A stretch of DNA of 39,366 nt from the NCBI GenBank assembly GCA_002256025.1, contig NKIB01014066.1, forward strand, positions 1 through 39,366, in the 5' to 3' direction. How positions within the stretch are numbered: position 1 is the first letter of the stretch; each line of letters starts with the position of its first letter. The notes under the pieces were generated by a model. That model searched no databases, was not told where the DNA came from, and worked only from the letters and a program-made list of their open reading frames with translations. This DNA is from Asterionella formosa. Lineage: Eukaryota. The translations under genes and the position numbers were made by a program. Positions 1 to 11,049 of the stretch are shown here, one piece after another.

Positions 1-454
1 GGTACCAGTCAAAAACTGCTTAAGACCACTATATTACCCCGTTTTTGGACTAAAATTAGAAAAATGTTCAGCCGACCCCATTTAAAACCCTTTGAATATA
101 GGTCAATTAATGCATGCAAGTACTAGATAAATGAATCATTTTAACAATTGGAAGGATATATCTTGCGATATCGAACTTTTTAAGTCGTTCATTTTGCATT
201 TTAGTGGTCTTAAGCCATTCATATATTTTTCATCATGTATATATATTTTTTAATGGTAAACGGTTAGGAAATATTACCTCGTTTTCCATATTTTCTCCAA
301 TTTCTTGTGTCAAATGACGTCGATTTTTTGTGCGGAACACACAAATCACTCTTCTTTCACCACGACTTCATCCTCGTTGTCCCCTTCAGCTGAGGCTGCT
401 GGTGGCGGTATAGCTCCGGCAACTGAGACTGGTTCATCGCCACGTCCCAATGTA

Positions 455-1425
455 TCAATGTATCTGGTAAGTTAGCATTAGATGTTTTGTTGCAGGTAAT
501 GGCGCATCGCCAACTTGTTTGTACCAAGACACTATTGTTTTTGTTTGCGCCACCGTCCATTCGTGTTCCTGTTTGTTGAGCGCTCTGATCGCTTGCACCT
601 TGTTCAATGTTGCTGTGTAGTTCATAACTTTCTTATTCGCTTTCTCACAATCATTCTCCTCTGCTCTTCTTTTCATCCTAGTCATATCGTCCAGTGCTTC
701 CAGCCGCCACATGAAGTCTTGTTGTCTACCTTCTATTTTGCGCGATTGGCCATAGCGCCGATTCCTTCCGTTGGCAAGCCATCTTATCAAGATTGATGTC
801 ATTCCTTGAATCCTCTTTGCTCCTGAATTCAATAACTTTGTCAAGAAGGGTGCAGGTGATACCTTCCTTTAGATTCAGTCCTGCTGGTGTGATGGTCGAG
901 ATAGCGGCATTCAATTCTGTCTGGGTTGCTGAAACTGCTGTCAGTTGTATTTCATCATGAAGAAGTGTGTATTAGTTTGTTGGTTGCTCATTTAATGCGT
1001 TGCTGGTAGTCTCTTGAAAATGCTGATCAGGTCTATCTATTAGATAATTGTTTCTCACACTGCTTTTTTCATCTGAGTTAAATGTAACTGTTGTCAAAGT
1101 GGATGCAGTAGTGGAGTTTCTGGTTGCAAAGGTAAGTATGCTGCTGGTTTCAATTTGATTTGCTGGGGAGTAATCCAATAGAACTGTAGAATTTAAACCC
1201 CCTACTACTAGATCTGTGTTGTTGTTGTTGTTGTTGTTCAATTTCTTCAAATGGTACATCACCATGTCTTTTGTTAGCCACGTAATTTTGCCACCTTTGT
1301 TTGCTACTAATCTAGTGATAGCACCATATAGCAACACTCCTGCATTGTTAGCCTTTGTAGCTTCTAGTTCTCTAACAATGTTGTTTAGAACAAGCTTTAC
1401 TATTTCCTTATCTCGAGTCTTTCAT
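455..1425 (-). pseudogene. Frameshifted transposase remnants (N- and C-terminal parts; no DDE core visible)
   Basis: ORF pieces 972..1337, 726..914 and 455..844. GITCTLLDKVIEFRSKEDSRNDINLD and VQAIRALNKQEHEWTVAQTKTIVSWYKQ align with degenerate translations at 32890-33275. Confidence 0.65.
1216..1238 (+). repeat. (GTT)n microsatellite (poly-Asn on minus strand)
   Basis: gtgttgttgttgttgttgttgtt seen directly. Confidence 0.9.
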
Positions 1426-1458
1426 AACTCTGTACTTTGCTCGAGGTTTGGTGCATCT

Positions 1459-1498
1459 CCGGTAAGTACCGGTAGAATACCGGTAAGTACCGGTAGAA
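1459..1498. repeat. 21-bp tandem duplication containing three TACCGGTA palindromes
   Basis: ccggtaagtaccggtagaata followed by ccggtaagtaccggtagaa. Confidence 0.9.
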
Positions 1499-2151
1499 AG
1501 ATCCGAAAATATGAAAATAGATGTGGTATTTTTTGATTGTCTCAAGAGCATTTCAGGATGCATATCGGTACATAAGTTGACAGTACAAAATCACTCGATT
1601 TCTATGGTGCGAACTATCGTGCATGTTTATATTGGGATGTTGCACATAATCGCGCCATAGTAATATCCACCTGAAGAAAAGCGTTAAAGGAAGCTATATT
1701 AATTTGGAGTATAAAACTTTAAAGAATATCGTATATGAAGATAAAATGTCGGCCCAGCTAAACGAGGTAATTTTATTTTCTTCCGATGTGCCTCACTCAA
1801 CATTTTCGTGGTCGTTTATCTCAACAACTGGAACACAACATCGATCGGGCGTCAAGACATCCTATATGTAGATGCGTGAAACAAATGACTTGTTCATAGT
1901 AAATATTGTCGTATTGGTAAAATTGAAAAAGTTTGTAGAACAAAAAGTAAGATTACCCCGTTATAGTGGTCTAAGCAGTTCATAGTGGTCTTAAGCAGTT
2001 TTTGACTGGTACAGCAGAGTACTTACCATATAACTATTGTTTTATATATAGATATGATATATACCGGTATGCTCCGTCCTATATTTAGTGATTCTACGAC
2101 GATAATACCGGTAATTGGGTTTCTAGTGACTACATTCAAAGTAGTCAACAT

Positions 2152-2353
2152 GGAATCCTACGTTTAGGTAACTTTGGGAAAAAAAAACCTAAACGTAATG
2201 CGTTTGGGTAACTTATTGGGATATGGGCACGGAATCCCCTAAACGTAATGCGTTTGCGTTGGGTTTTTCACTCCCGTTAGCATCGTTTTTTAGGGTTACC
2301 GAAACCTAAACACTGTTTGGTTTAGGTTTTGGTCCAACGTTAGCAACGGCCTA
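2152..2353. repeat. Dispersed repeat, probable DNA-transposon/MITE end with internal subrepeats
   Basis: CCTAAACGTAATGCGTTTG at 2188 and 2238 (50-bp period). About 55 bp at 2286-2342 recurs, diverged, at 29405-29460. Confidence 0.65.
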
Positions 2354-2581
2354 ATGTACATGAACCTGGTAGTACCGGTAGTCAACCAATCATGTCGTCA
2401 CCGCCAACCAAAATTCTTCCCCCCAAACTCACTCCTCTATCAAAGAGGGGAAACAAGAAATATCCAAGAAGTGGTTATTTACGCGTCGCCTCAAAGAGAA
2501 GACTCGACTAATCATTGATTGCTATTGCTTCAGCCGCTGTTACTGCTTTGACGGCTCCTTCAACGAGCCTAAACATACAGA

Positions 2582-5500
2582 ATGACCGAACACAACAAGA
2601 GAAAGAAGTACCATGACAAGGATAAGTATTATCGGCGTAAGTACAAACACAAGAATCAATATTATTGACGCGCTTCTATAACAATCTCGTGGTGTCTGAA
2701 CTCACCAATCGCATACTACCAGTTGCCAAGGAACAGGGCTTTCGCTCCCGTGCCGCTTTCAAAATATCACAAATCAATCGCAAGTTTCCCATTCTGCAGA
2801 ATGCGAAAGTAGTCCTCGATCTCTGTGCCGCTCCTGGCGGTTGGTCGCAGGTGGCCTCGCGCACCATGCCCAAGCAGGGATCCTTGGTCGTTGCTGTTGA
2901 CATTCTCCCCATTCGATCCCTCGGTCCCAACGTCATTACTATTATTGGAGACATTACCACAGAATCATGCAAATCCGAGATTAAGCAAAACCTACAAGGC
3001 CACATGGTCGACGTGGTCCTGCACGACGGTGCCCCCAACGTAGGCGCGTCCTACGATCGAGATGCCTATCTACAAAACGAAATCTCGCTGCACGCTCTCA
3101 AGTGTGCCACCCAGCATTTGAAGCCTCACGGACACTTTGTCACTAAGCTATACCGGTCCAGAGATTATCAATCCTTTCTGTGGGTCGCACAGCAATTCTT
3201 TGGCACAGTGCAGGCGGTCAAACCAGCGGCGTCTCGGTCGCAATCCGCAGAAATATTTTTGGTCTGTCAAGATTATGTCGCACCCACCAAAATTGATCCA
3301 CGTATGTTGGACCCCAAGCATGTATTTGCTCAAGTAGAAGGAGATTCGACTGGAGGTGGAAATGCACCCAAGAAACTTAACGTCTTTCACAAGTCTTGGG
3401 CGGTGCAAAAGCGACACCGAGAAGGATACGACCATACCGAAATGGACTTTACAATGAGGAAAATTAAGTCGGTTCGAGAATTTATGGGTAACAAGGGGAA
3501 TCCAATTGATATTCTATCCACATCGACGGGATTGAAATTTCAGTGCGACGACTGTGCGGATGAACAAAAGAAGGAGGAAGACTGCAATTGCTACTGTCAC
3601 TTTTACAGACAGCATAGATTGACGACACCAGAGATTAAGGCATGTGTGTCGGATTTGAGGGTTTTAAATAAGTCGGATTTCAAGAGTCTGCTTGTTTGGA
3701 GAGGCAAGTTGCAAGACGCTCTCAAAGAGCTCAAGGCTAAGGAGGCTGAACAGGACGAGGTCAAGAAGGCCAAACGTACACATGATTCCGACGATGAGGA
3801 CGAAGAGCGCGATTCTGATGACGAAGAAGATGAGGTACAAAAGGAGATTAGTGACTTAAGACAGCGTCGGCTGCGAGAAAAGAAAAAGTTGAAGAAGAAG
3901 GAACGAGCTGCCGCTTCGAAACGACGTCGTCGAGCTGCCTTTGGCATGGACTTGAATGCCATTGATGTACCCGAGCACGACCAAATTTTTTCTCTCGCAA
4001 CAATTTCATCCAAGGGAGATTTGGAAGCGGCACGTGAAGTGGATCTCGACAAGGTCATGTATGACGAAGTGTTTGGCGAGGACGAGGACGATGACGCGAA
4101 TGAGGGCGATGACGGGTCGGTTCAGTCACAAGGTGAGAAGGATGATCGCGATGAAGCGACTGGATACTCATTTCGTATGGATCGCGAATTGGATGAAGCC
4201 TACAATCGCTATCTCAAAAACACAAAGGACGGCCTTGCTAAGTCGGGAACTAAAATGGCCAAACGATCTAAGAAGCTTCAGCGTCTCAAGGCGGCAGAGG
4301 AAGCGGATCAAGATGAAGAAATGATGTTGAAGGACGAAATAGGTATTGACGGCGATACCAAGACGTACGCCAAAATGTTGCAAGGACCACGCGATAGTGA
4401 CGACGATGATTCTTCTGTGGACGAGGAACAAGGCGGTGACGATAGCGATGGGTTTGATGACGAGCCACTCACTCCAGGAGAGCACGCAGCGAGGCTAAAG
4501 GCCAGACATAAAATGCCGGAAAAGTCAAGGAATCCCTTGATTCACAAGCTGGAAGAAGCTACTTCTGAAAAGACAGCCCGTTGGTTCAGTAATCCCCTTT
4601 TTGAGAGCATTAGCAACACAGCCAAGCTTGCTGCTTTGCCAAATAACAGAAAGGAGGAAGAAAATGATGGTCTTGATAGTGACGACGAGGCAGATGATAT
4701 CGGCGAGGATGTCATGGAAGTTGGCTCGAGTGAAGACGAGGACGACGATGCACCAAAAAAGAAGAAGAGCAAGATGGACACCAAGCCTAGCAATGGATTA
4801 AATGCGGACGATGTGTTAGCTAGCATGCCCAAGACGGACAAGCAGATTCGTCACGAAAAAAGACTGAAAGCGTCGGAACGTCAAGAACGCCGAGCCAGTC
4901 GAAAGGCACGACTGGCTGGTGACAATGAAGAATTGGAGTTGGTGCCTCAGAGAGTAGATGATGCAGAAAAGGAAAAGCTCCAAGGAATGACGGATGCACA
5001 GAAAGCAAAGCACTTCGAGGCTCGTAATTTGATCAAGGCTGGTCTTGGAGGAAATGTTGACCATGACACATCTAGCGGCTTTGAAGTGGTTCCTGCCGTG
5101 GCTCCGCTCCCAAAATTGGATTCACGTGTTTACAATTCCGACAATGAAGATTACGACAGTGACGACTATGTCCGTACCCTGGCTTTGGGTACCATGATGC
5201 TTCGTCAATCTAAAGCCAAGCAGTTGGTGGACGCCTCCTACAATCGTTATGCATGGAATGACCCCGAGGATTTGCCCGATTGGCTTGTCGATGATGAGAA
5301 CCGCCACTACCGTCCACAACTCCCCATTCCACCCGCTCTCATGCAGAAGCTGAAAGACAAGCAGATGGCAATGTCGGTCCGACCCATTGCCAAGGTTGCC
5401 GAAGCCCGAGCACGCAAAAGTAAGCGTGCGAAGACAAAGTTGCAGGCTGCAAAGAAGAAGGCAGAGGCTGTCGCCAATTCCTCTGAACTTAGCGACACCA

Positions 5501-5727
5501 TGAAGCTCAAAGCTATTTCGAAAGCTATGCGAGGCCAGGACACTAAGAATCCTAGTAAAACGTATGTGATTGCCAAGAAGGGTCGCAACTTGGGAGCCAA
5601 GGGTGTCAAGTTGGTGGACAAGAGATTGAAGAATGACAAAAGAGCAATGGATCGGAAAACGACCAAGTCAAAGAAAGGAAAGCAAAACGGCCTGGTGGGA
5701 GGCAAGAAACGAAGAAATCATTCGTAA
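2582..5727 (+). CDS. SPB1: AdoMet-dependent rRNA 2'-O-methyltransferase SPB1/FTSJ3; join(2582..2636,2723..5727)
   Basis: Splicing GTAAGT(2637)...CAG(2722) gives DKYYRLAKEQGFRSRAAFK. FtsJ motifs VLDLCAAPGGW, HDGAPNVG and KPAASRSQSAEIF are present, as is the Spb1 C-terminus (LVDASYNRYAW, PIAKVAEARARK, KLVDKRLKNDKR). Confidence 0.96.
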
Positions 5728-5842
5728 TTTCTTAAGCTTTAGTGAGCAGAGTATCAATTTAATCCTGTTATGATTCATTTCGAATGTTGCACAGAAGGAA
5801 CTAGGCAGCCTTACCGAATCTTCCTGCCACGACCATATAATC

Positions 5843-6967
5843 CTATACCCACTCGACTGGTGTCTTTAGAACGTCCATCAACTTTTGCTCCTCGCTACCA
5901 TCTTCAATAGCATGATTGTATTCCCACGCAATCAACGGAGGTGCACTCACCATGACACCCTCCACTCTTGGATTGGCAGAAGCCAACCCAAACTTGACAC
6001 CTCTATCATACAACAAGTTGAATTCCAAATATCGACCTCGCCGGAGTAGTTGCCATTGTCGTTGCTGTTCCGTGTAGGTTTCATGTCGATGTTGTTCCAC
6101 AATTGGAAGCCAACTAGGCATCCACGTGTTGGCCACACCTTTAACAAATGCCATGCTGGCTTCTGTGGCATCCATGTCATCAAAGAAAATACCCCCAGTA
6201 CCCCGATGCTCAGATCGAGCGACAAGATAGAAATATGAATCGCATGCTTCTTTCATTGTTGCATAGTCGTATCCTGGAATGGAATGTTTGTCGGCCAATT
6301 GTTTGTAGTCTTGATGAAACGACTTGATGTCGTCCACATTTAAGTAATAGGGCGTCAAGTCTGCTCCGCCGCCAAACCACGCGTTCGTTTTGGAACCATT
6401 GGAGACTAGAAATACTCTCACATCACTTCTAAAGGTGGGAACCATGGGAGACTTGGTATGTAGTACCATACTCAACGCAGCCGCTGAATAAGTGTCTCCC
6501 GCTCTTACCGAAACATCTTGACGTGATCGGATCGAATCGGCACGTTCGGAAGTGAGGATGCCTTGTTGAATCACCGTCAAGGAACAAGCACCCTTTTCAA
6601 TAAAGTCTCCACCCTGCAGCACTCGTGTAATGCCTCCCGATGTGAGTCCCTCCTCGTTAAACATGCCCCATGTGTCGTTACTAAATGTAGCCCCACTCCC
6701 ATCCATCGCCTCGAGCTGTTGAATAATGGAGGCTTGAGTGGATCGCAAACAGGTGCAAAAGTCCTGAAATAACTGTGCAGTATTGGATGCAGCAACAGTG
6801 TCGTTGTCATCGCTAGATGATGCATCGAGACCAAGGAGTGTTGAGGTTGAGTCAGCGTGCTGCGATCCATGCCTACCGGTAGCAGCAGCAACATGATGAG
6901 GTGTCCATGCAAATGAGACTTTGAGTACCAATGTAACAGTCACCAGTGGTAGATATAGAATTCGCAT
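5843..6967 (-). CDS. hemF: Oxygen-dependent coproporphyrinogen III oxidase, predicted plastid-targeted
   Basis: Motifs WFGGGADLTP, EHRGTGGIFFDD and WQLLRRGRYLEFNLLYDRG. The first ATG at 6967 gives a signal peptide ending SFA|WTP (ASAFAP-like). Confidence 0.93.
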   Translation of the reverse strand: MRILYLPLVTVTLVLKVSFAWTPHHVAAATGRHGSQHADSTSTLLGLDASSSDDNDTVAASNTAQLFQDFCTCLRSTQASIIQQLEAMDGSGATFSNDTWGMFNEEGLTSGGITRVLQGGDFIEKGACSLTVIQQGILTSERADSIRSRQDVSVRAGDTYSAAALSMVLHTKSPMVPTFRSDVRVFLVSNGSKTNAWFGGGADLTPYYLNVDDIKSFHQDYKQLADKHSIPGYDYATMKEACDSYFYLVARSEHRGTGGIFFDDMDATEASMAFVKGVANTWMPSWLPIVEQHRHETYTEQQRQWQLLRRGRYLEFNLLYDRGVKFGLASANPRVEGVMVSAPPLIAWEYNHAIEDGSEEQKLMDVLKTPVEWV

Positions 6968-7563
6968 GGTGGCTTGTTCAGAGACTGGTGCCACCTTTAG
7001 TAAGGAGCAGGAAAAAGAGGGTTAGCCACCCGGAAAATGTGAAGATTTGTTTGACAACTTGCTCCAAATCATGTTTATACACGATATTCACGTCTGTATG
7101 ATGCATATAGCATTTTTTCATCTAAATAAAAATAATACCGACTTGCTAGACAACACTCCAATTGTCTACATACATATAATGGTGATGAGCACTTATGGAT
7201 GTCACAAAACGTCGTACTCCCTCTGTTCAACAACGTATACAGGGGGGTACCTGGTACCGGTGAATTCAAGCAAACTTTAGGTCACTGCCTCCTGCCTCTC
7301 ATGAAGCACAAGCTCCGATAATTCTCCGTCTAATAGCCCTTCCTATTTAAAAATTATTCCGAACCGAGGACTGCTCCCAATAGCCATTTGCCTTACCTGG
7401 TACACGGAGTACTGCATACGTATAATAATAGAATATTTCCATCCCATCGTCATTAATATATATACATGTATTTATCCATGACAATCAATATTCTTGTTTC
7501 TCTACCGGTACTCCTTGTTTTCACTCGTCACCATTAATCAGCACCGCATCGGCGGCAAGAACA

Positions 7564-8721
7564 ATGATCTCCCAACGCGCAGTGGCCAATTGGGGGCAAT
7601 GCAGCAGAGCCGATACAAGTAACCTGATAAGACACTTGATGACCCCCCTGACTCCCTTACGAGTCAGTATCAAGTCGAAAGCCCAATGCCAATTTCGATC
7701 CTCCTCGTCGTCGTCGTCGTCCAAAACTACAACAGCACAGTGGCCGTCATCCCTTCAAGACTTTGTCATGGGCACGCCCATCATTACTCGAAGGCTACCG
7801 TATTTGGGAAGTGTCACTATTGATTTCGGAACCAGCATGATGAATTTAGGCGCCGTGACATCACTGACTGGCTTTATGATGACTGACGTTATCTTGCTTC
7901 GAACACTCTCCATCTTTGGATCAGTGTGCGGTATTACGTACAACCTGACGCGAGCTCCTAAACAAATAAATGCATGTGCCTGGGGCGCAGTCTTTATATC
8001 CGTCAATGTTGTTCAGATTGTCAGACTATACTTGTCTCGTAGAGATATTAAATTTGCTGTTGAAGAAGGAGAATTGTACTACAAGAGGTTTGCACCCTTT
8101 GGTGTGGATCCACATTTGTTTCAACGCTTAATGCGTCAGGCTGAGTGGATATCTCTCAAGCGGGGAGAAACTCTTGTTGCAGCTGGGGTGCCTTTGAATC
8201 GGGTTATTTTAATAACCAAGGGCAGTGCAACTGCCATGAAAACAGATGCAACAGCCTTGTATGATTACACTGCCACAGACAATGGATGTCTCGTGGGTGC
8301 TACTGCCATTGTCGATCCAACGATTTTGGGCAGAAACTACCCCAATAATATTGTTGCCAACGAAAATGTGAGAGCTCTTTCCTTTGATACTCTTAAATTG
8401 AAAGCATTTTTAAAGAAGAATGAAAGTACAATTGAAGCAGCCTTGTTGCATCTAATGTATGAGGACTTGATTGGTGCCTTGCGGCGACATCGTCGAGAAA
8501 CAAAGTCTCCGTCACTGGAACAACTAAAATTGATGCTGCAAAAATCAGTGGCTGATGGTCAAATTAGTCCCCAGGAACGTCAATTGATTGCTGATTTCAT
8601 GAAGGAACACAAAATTACCAGGGAGCAATTCATTGCTCTCTTAAAATCAAGTGGTTGGACCGAGAAAGAATGGACGCGAGGTGAACAGCAGCAAGATGAT
8701 GGTAGTGTAGTGGCAAATTGA
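7564..8721 (+). CDS. Popeye-domain-like membrane protein with cNMP-binding-type fold and a C-terminal helical domain
   Basis: Three hydrophobic helices (GFMMTDVILLRTLSI...WGAVFISVNVVQI), then KFAVEEGELY...F.P and LKRGETLV...RVILITKG. The N-terminus is Arg/Ser-rich and presequence-like. Confidence 0.75.
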   Translation: MISQRAVANWGQCSRADTSNLIRHLMTPLTPLRVSIKSKAQCQFRSSSSSSSSKTTTAQWPSSLQDFVMGTPIITRRLPYLGSVTIDFGTSMMNLGAVTSLTGFMMTDVILLRTLSIFGSVCGITYNLTRAPKQINACAWGAVFISVNVVQIVRLYLSRRDIKFAVEEGELYYKRFAPFGVDPHLFQRLMRQAEWISLKRGETLVAAGVPLNRVILITKGSATAMKTDATALYDYTATDNGCLVGATAIVDPTILGRNYPNNIVANENVRALSFDTLKLKAFLKKNESTIEAALLHLMYEDLIGALRRHRRETKSPSLEQLKLMLQKSVADGQISPQERQLIADFMKEHKITREQFIALLKSSGWTEKEWTRGEQQQDDGSVVAN

Positions 8722-8938
8722 AGGGTGTCGCATGAGAGGAAATAAAATGTCCACTATATAGATACGGAGCATATTATGTCGAGGTGACATGTTCTGATGC
8801 AGACGAAGTTGGCTAGATCGTTGCTTTTGGTGAATGAACCAAAAAACTAGCCTCGAGCCTCGATACAATCGACTACGAATAGAGCAATTTATAAACTGCA
8901 AAACCGATTTTGTAAACAATGCCATGCTATAGCTGATT

Positions 8939-10330
8939 CTATCGCGAGTATAGCTTAAGCTGTACTTCCTTGGCTGCACGCACACCTGTCTCCATGGCTG
9001 CTTGAACCGTGCAACAAGCATTGGTGTTGGTGGCTTCTCCGGCGAAAAATATCTTGTCTGCTATTGGTGCTGCCATTGCCTTCAAATGATCCATGGTCAT
9101 GTTGACCTTGGGGTACATATACCCATGTTCCCAAACATGCATATGTGAACCGACAAGCTGCACATCCTTGATAGGTATAGAAAAGACTCTTGTCAGTTGC
9201 TCCAACATGATGGAAGCTGCCTTATCTTGACTGCTGCCGCACATTGCTATGAAATCATTGGCTTTGGGGGAAGTCACGTAGCCAGTGGCAACATGATGCT
9301 CTCCACTCTGTTTGAACCAAATCTCTGGGATAGGACAGTCTCCAAATATCACAGATTGCACATTAGGAGGCCATATTGGCGCGTTAAATTTTAGCAAGAC
9401 CTTCAGGGCCTTATTCATTCCTATGTACTTCAACGCCTCTACCTTGTCACTTCCAAGGCTCATATCGATAGCAGCCAAAGCTGGAGGCGGTACTGTGATA
9501 ATGACCGCATCTGCTTCAAATATTTGGTAAGAACTATCGGATGAAAAAACTCGGATATTGGTGTCATCGTAAGATATTCTTGCAACACTCCAGTTCAAAT
9601 TGACGGAGAATCGCTCGTCTCGTGCCAATTCCTCTGCTAGTCGCTTGACAATACCGTACATACCAATCTTTGCGTTTAGTCTCATATCTCCCTCTATCTC
9701 ATGTTCTTGCCAATGATGTTCAAACGATGCCAATACCGCCAATGAAATACTATCAAGAGGAGCCCCAACTGTGTTCCCATAGCTGGCTTCTGCCAAGGCC
9801 TCCAACTCCGGTGAAAGGTGAAACTGTCGCAATGCCTCACCGACACTTGCACTGGTGTCATGCTCCATCATCTCCTCCATACTACCTAGAGCCTTGGTGA
9901 GTGGCCAAATGCGCTCGTCAGTATAGTTCACAAGTTCTCCTCCAACAAAGTACATGCCATACTTTCCAGCGTTGGTCGGGATCGGCGACGGGCCTCCGTC
10001 GGCATGTGCCGTAATAAAGAGTTCCTCCATCTCTTGCTCTCCAAAGTATTCATCAATGAGATCTGTTAGAACAGTTCCCGTGCCATGGATAAATTCTGCT
10101 CCTAGATCTACCACGAGGTTATCATTATCATTGTTGTTGTCAGCAGCGCGGATCCTACCACCCAATCGATCAGAGGCTTCCACCATTGTAATTTTCAATA
10201 AGGGCTGTTGTTGGACTTTCATATCATGACATTGCTTCGCCCGTGTGGACAATAGCTCTTTCGCTGCCATCAAGCCAGCTATTCCACCTCCTATTATAAT
10301 AACATGATTGTTGGGGTTGATGTGGGACAT
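8939..10330 (-). CDS. Flavin-containing amine oxidase (polyamine/monoamine oxidase family)
   Basis: IIIGGGIAGL (FAD GxGxxG), EASDRLGGR, VDLGAEFIHG and FFAGEATN...VQAAMETGVRAA. The start is uncertain (10330, 10348 or 10393). Confidence 0.88.
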   Translation of the reverse strand: MSHINPNNHVIIIGGGIAGLMAAKELLSTRAKQCHDMKVQQQPLLKITMVEASDRLGGRIRAADNNNDNDNLVVDLGAEFIHGTGTVLTDLIDEYFGEQEMEELFITAHADGGPSPIPTNAGKYGMYFVGGELVNYTDERIWPLTKALGSMEEMMEHDTSASVGEALRQFHLSPELEALAEASYGNTVGAPLDSISLAVLASFEHHWQEHEIEGDMRLNAKIGMYGIVKRLAEELARDERFSVNLNWSVARISYDDTNIRVFSSDSSYQIFEADAVIITVPPPALAAIDMSLGSDKVEALKYIGMNKALKVLLKFNAPIWPPNVQSVIFGDCPIPEIWFKQSGEHHVATGYVTSPKANDFIAMCGSSQDKAASIMLEQLTRVFSIPIKDVQLVGSHMHVWEHGYMYPKVNMTMDHLKAMAAPIADKIFFAGEATNTNACCTVQAAMETGVRAAKEVQLKLYSR

Positions 10331-10631
10331 GGTTGTTCGACTTATCATTAATGAACAGGAATGGAGTACCGGTAGTAACCTATTGTGCATCATTTATCAT
10401 ACAGACGATGTTTCCTCCTCAGTTTACTATGTAGCAAAATGGAACTCAGCCAAGCAGTACATTGTTCATGCATACGAGCTACCTGGTAACCATACTGGTG
10501 ATACAGCCAGCATACCAGTTCTCTGTCGTACAGAAATACAGGCACTGTTACCTTTCTATGTAGCCATGTGCTGGTCGTACCAGCAAGTTGTTGAAGCGGC
10601 ATGCCTCAGGGCCGTTCTTATCATTTTTTTG

Positions 10632-10755
10632 TGTATCACGGAATTTAAATTTTTTTGAAAATGTATCAGCAACGGTAACTCGATTTGAACTGAATTTCAT
10701 TCATTCCAAAAGTGACACTGTATCACTAATTTGTATCACAGTGTATCATGGAGTA
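10632..10755. repeat. Cluster of five TGTATCA motifs ending in GGAG|TA; possible MITE terminus
   Basis: TGTATCA at 10632, 10662, 10719, 10732 and 10742. Confidence 0.5.
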
Positions 10756-11049
10756 CCGGTAACAAGGATTGTCAACGGTGACAGGCCAGCTACGAGCATG
10801 TAGATATAAATGAGCAGTAATATGCATATGCGAAGCTTAAATAAAAATAACAACCGGAATAAAAAAACAAATATCATATCATCTTACGGAGACTGTGTGG
10901 TACATGCTACTAGCCCCTGGTACCAGGTATTGAGAGACTCGTCAACATGTGTGACGCCTCATTTACTGTTGTATCTCTCCAGCACCAGAACTCCCCACAG
11001 CTTCTGAACAGAGGTTCTGACTTAATTGTGGCCCCCATTACATACACAC

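Larger units (their letters stand above)
5..2009 (-). mobile_element. Internally deleted, non-autonomous TA-targeting DNA transposon (pogo/Tc1-mariner-like) with both TIRs intact
   Basis: Perfect TIR CCAGTCAAAAACTGCTTAAGACCACTAT at 5..32 and its reverse complement at 1982..2009, flanked by TA at 3-4 and 2010-2011. Subterminal ATTACC(C/T)CGTT motifs lie at 33, 273 and 1952. The interior holds broken minus-strand ORFs homologous to the transposase relic at 32350-33275. Confidence 0.85.

Noticed and set aside
2665..2722. ORF-track start of SPB1 at TTG 2665
   Set aside because: Lies in an intron; an upstream ATG exon restores the conserved DKYY motif.
3603..5705. Antisense and alternate-frame ORFs within SPB1 (likewise within the nexin, DAGL and GlyRS genes)
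   Set aside because: Shadows of codon bias and low-complexity coding; no recognisable motifs.
10331..10393. N-terminal extension of the amine oxidase
   Set aside because: Contains a TACCGGTA motif typical of non-coding DNA here, and a downstream Met sits just before the FAD motif. Not fully excluded.
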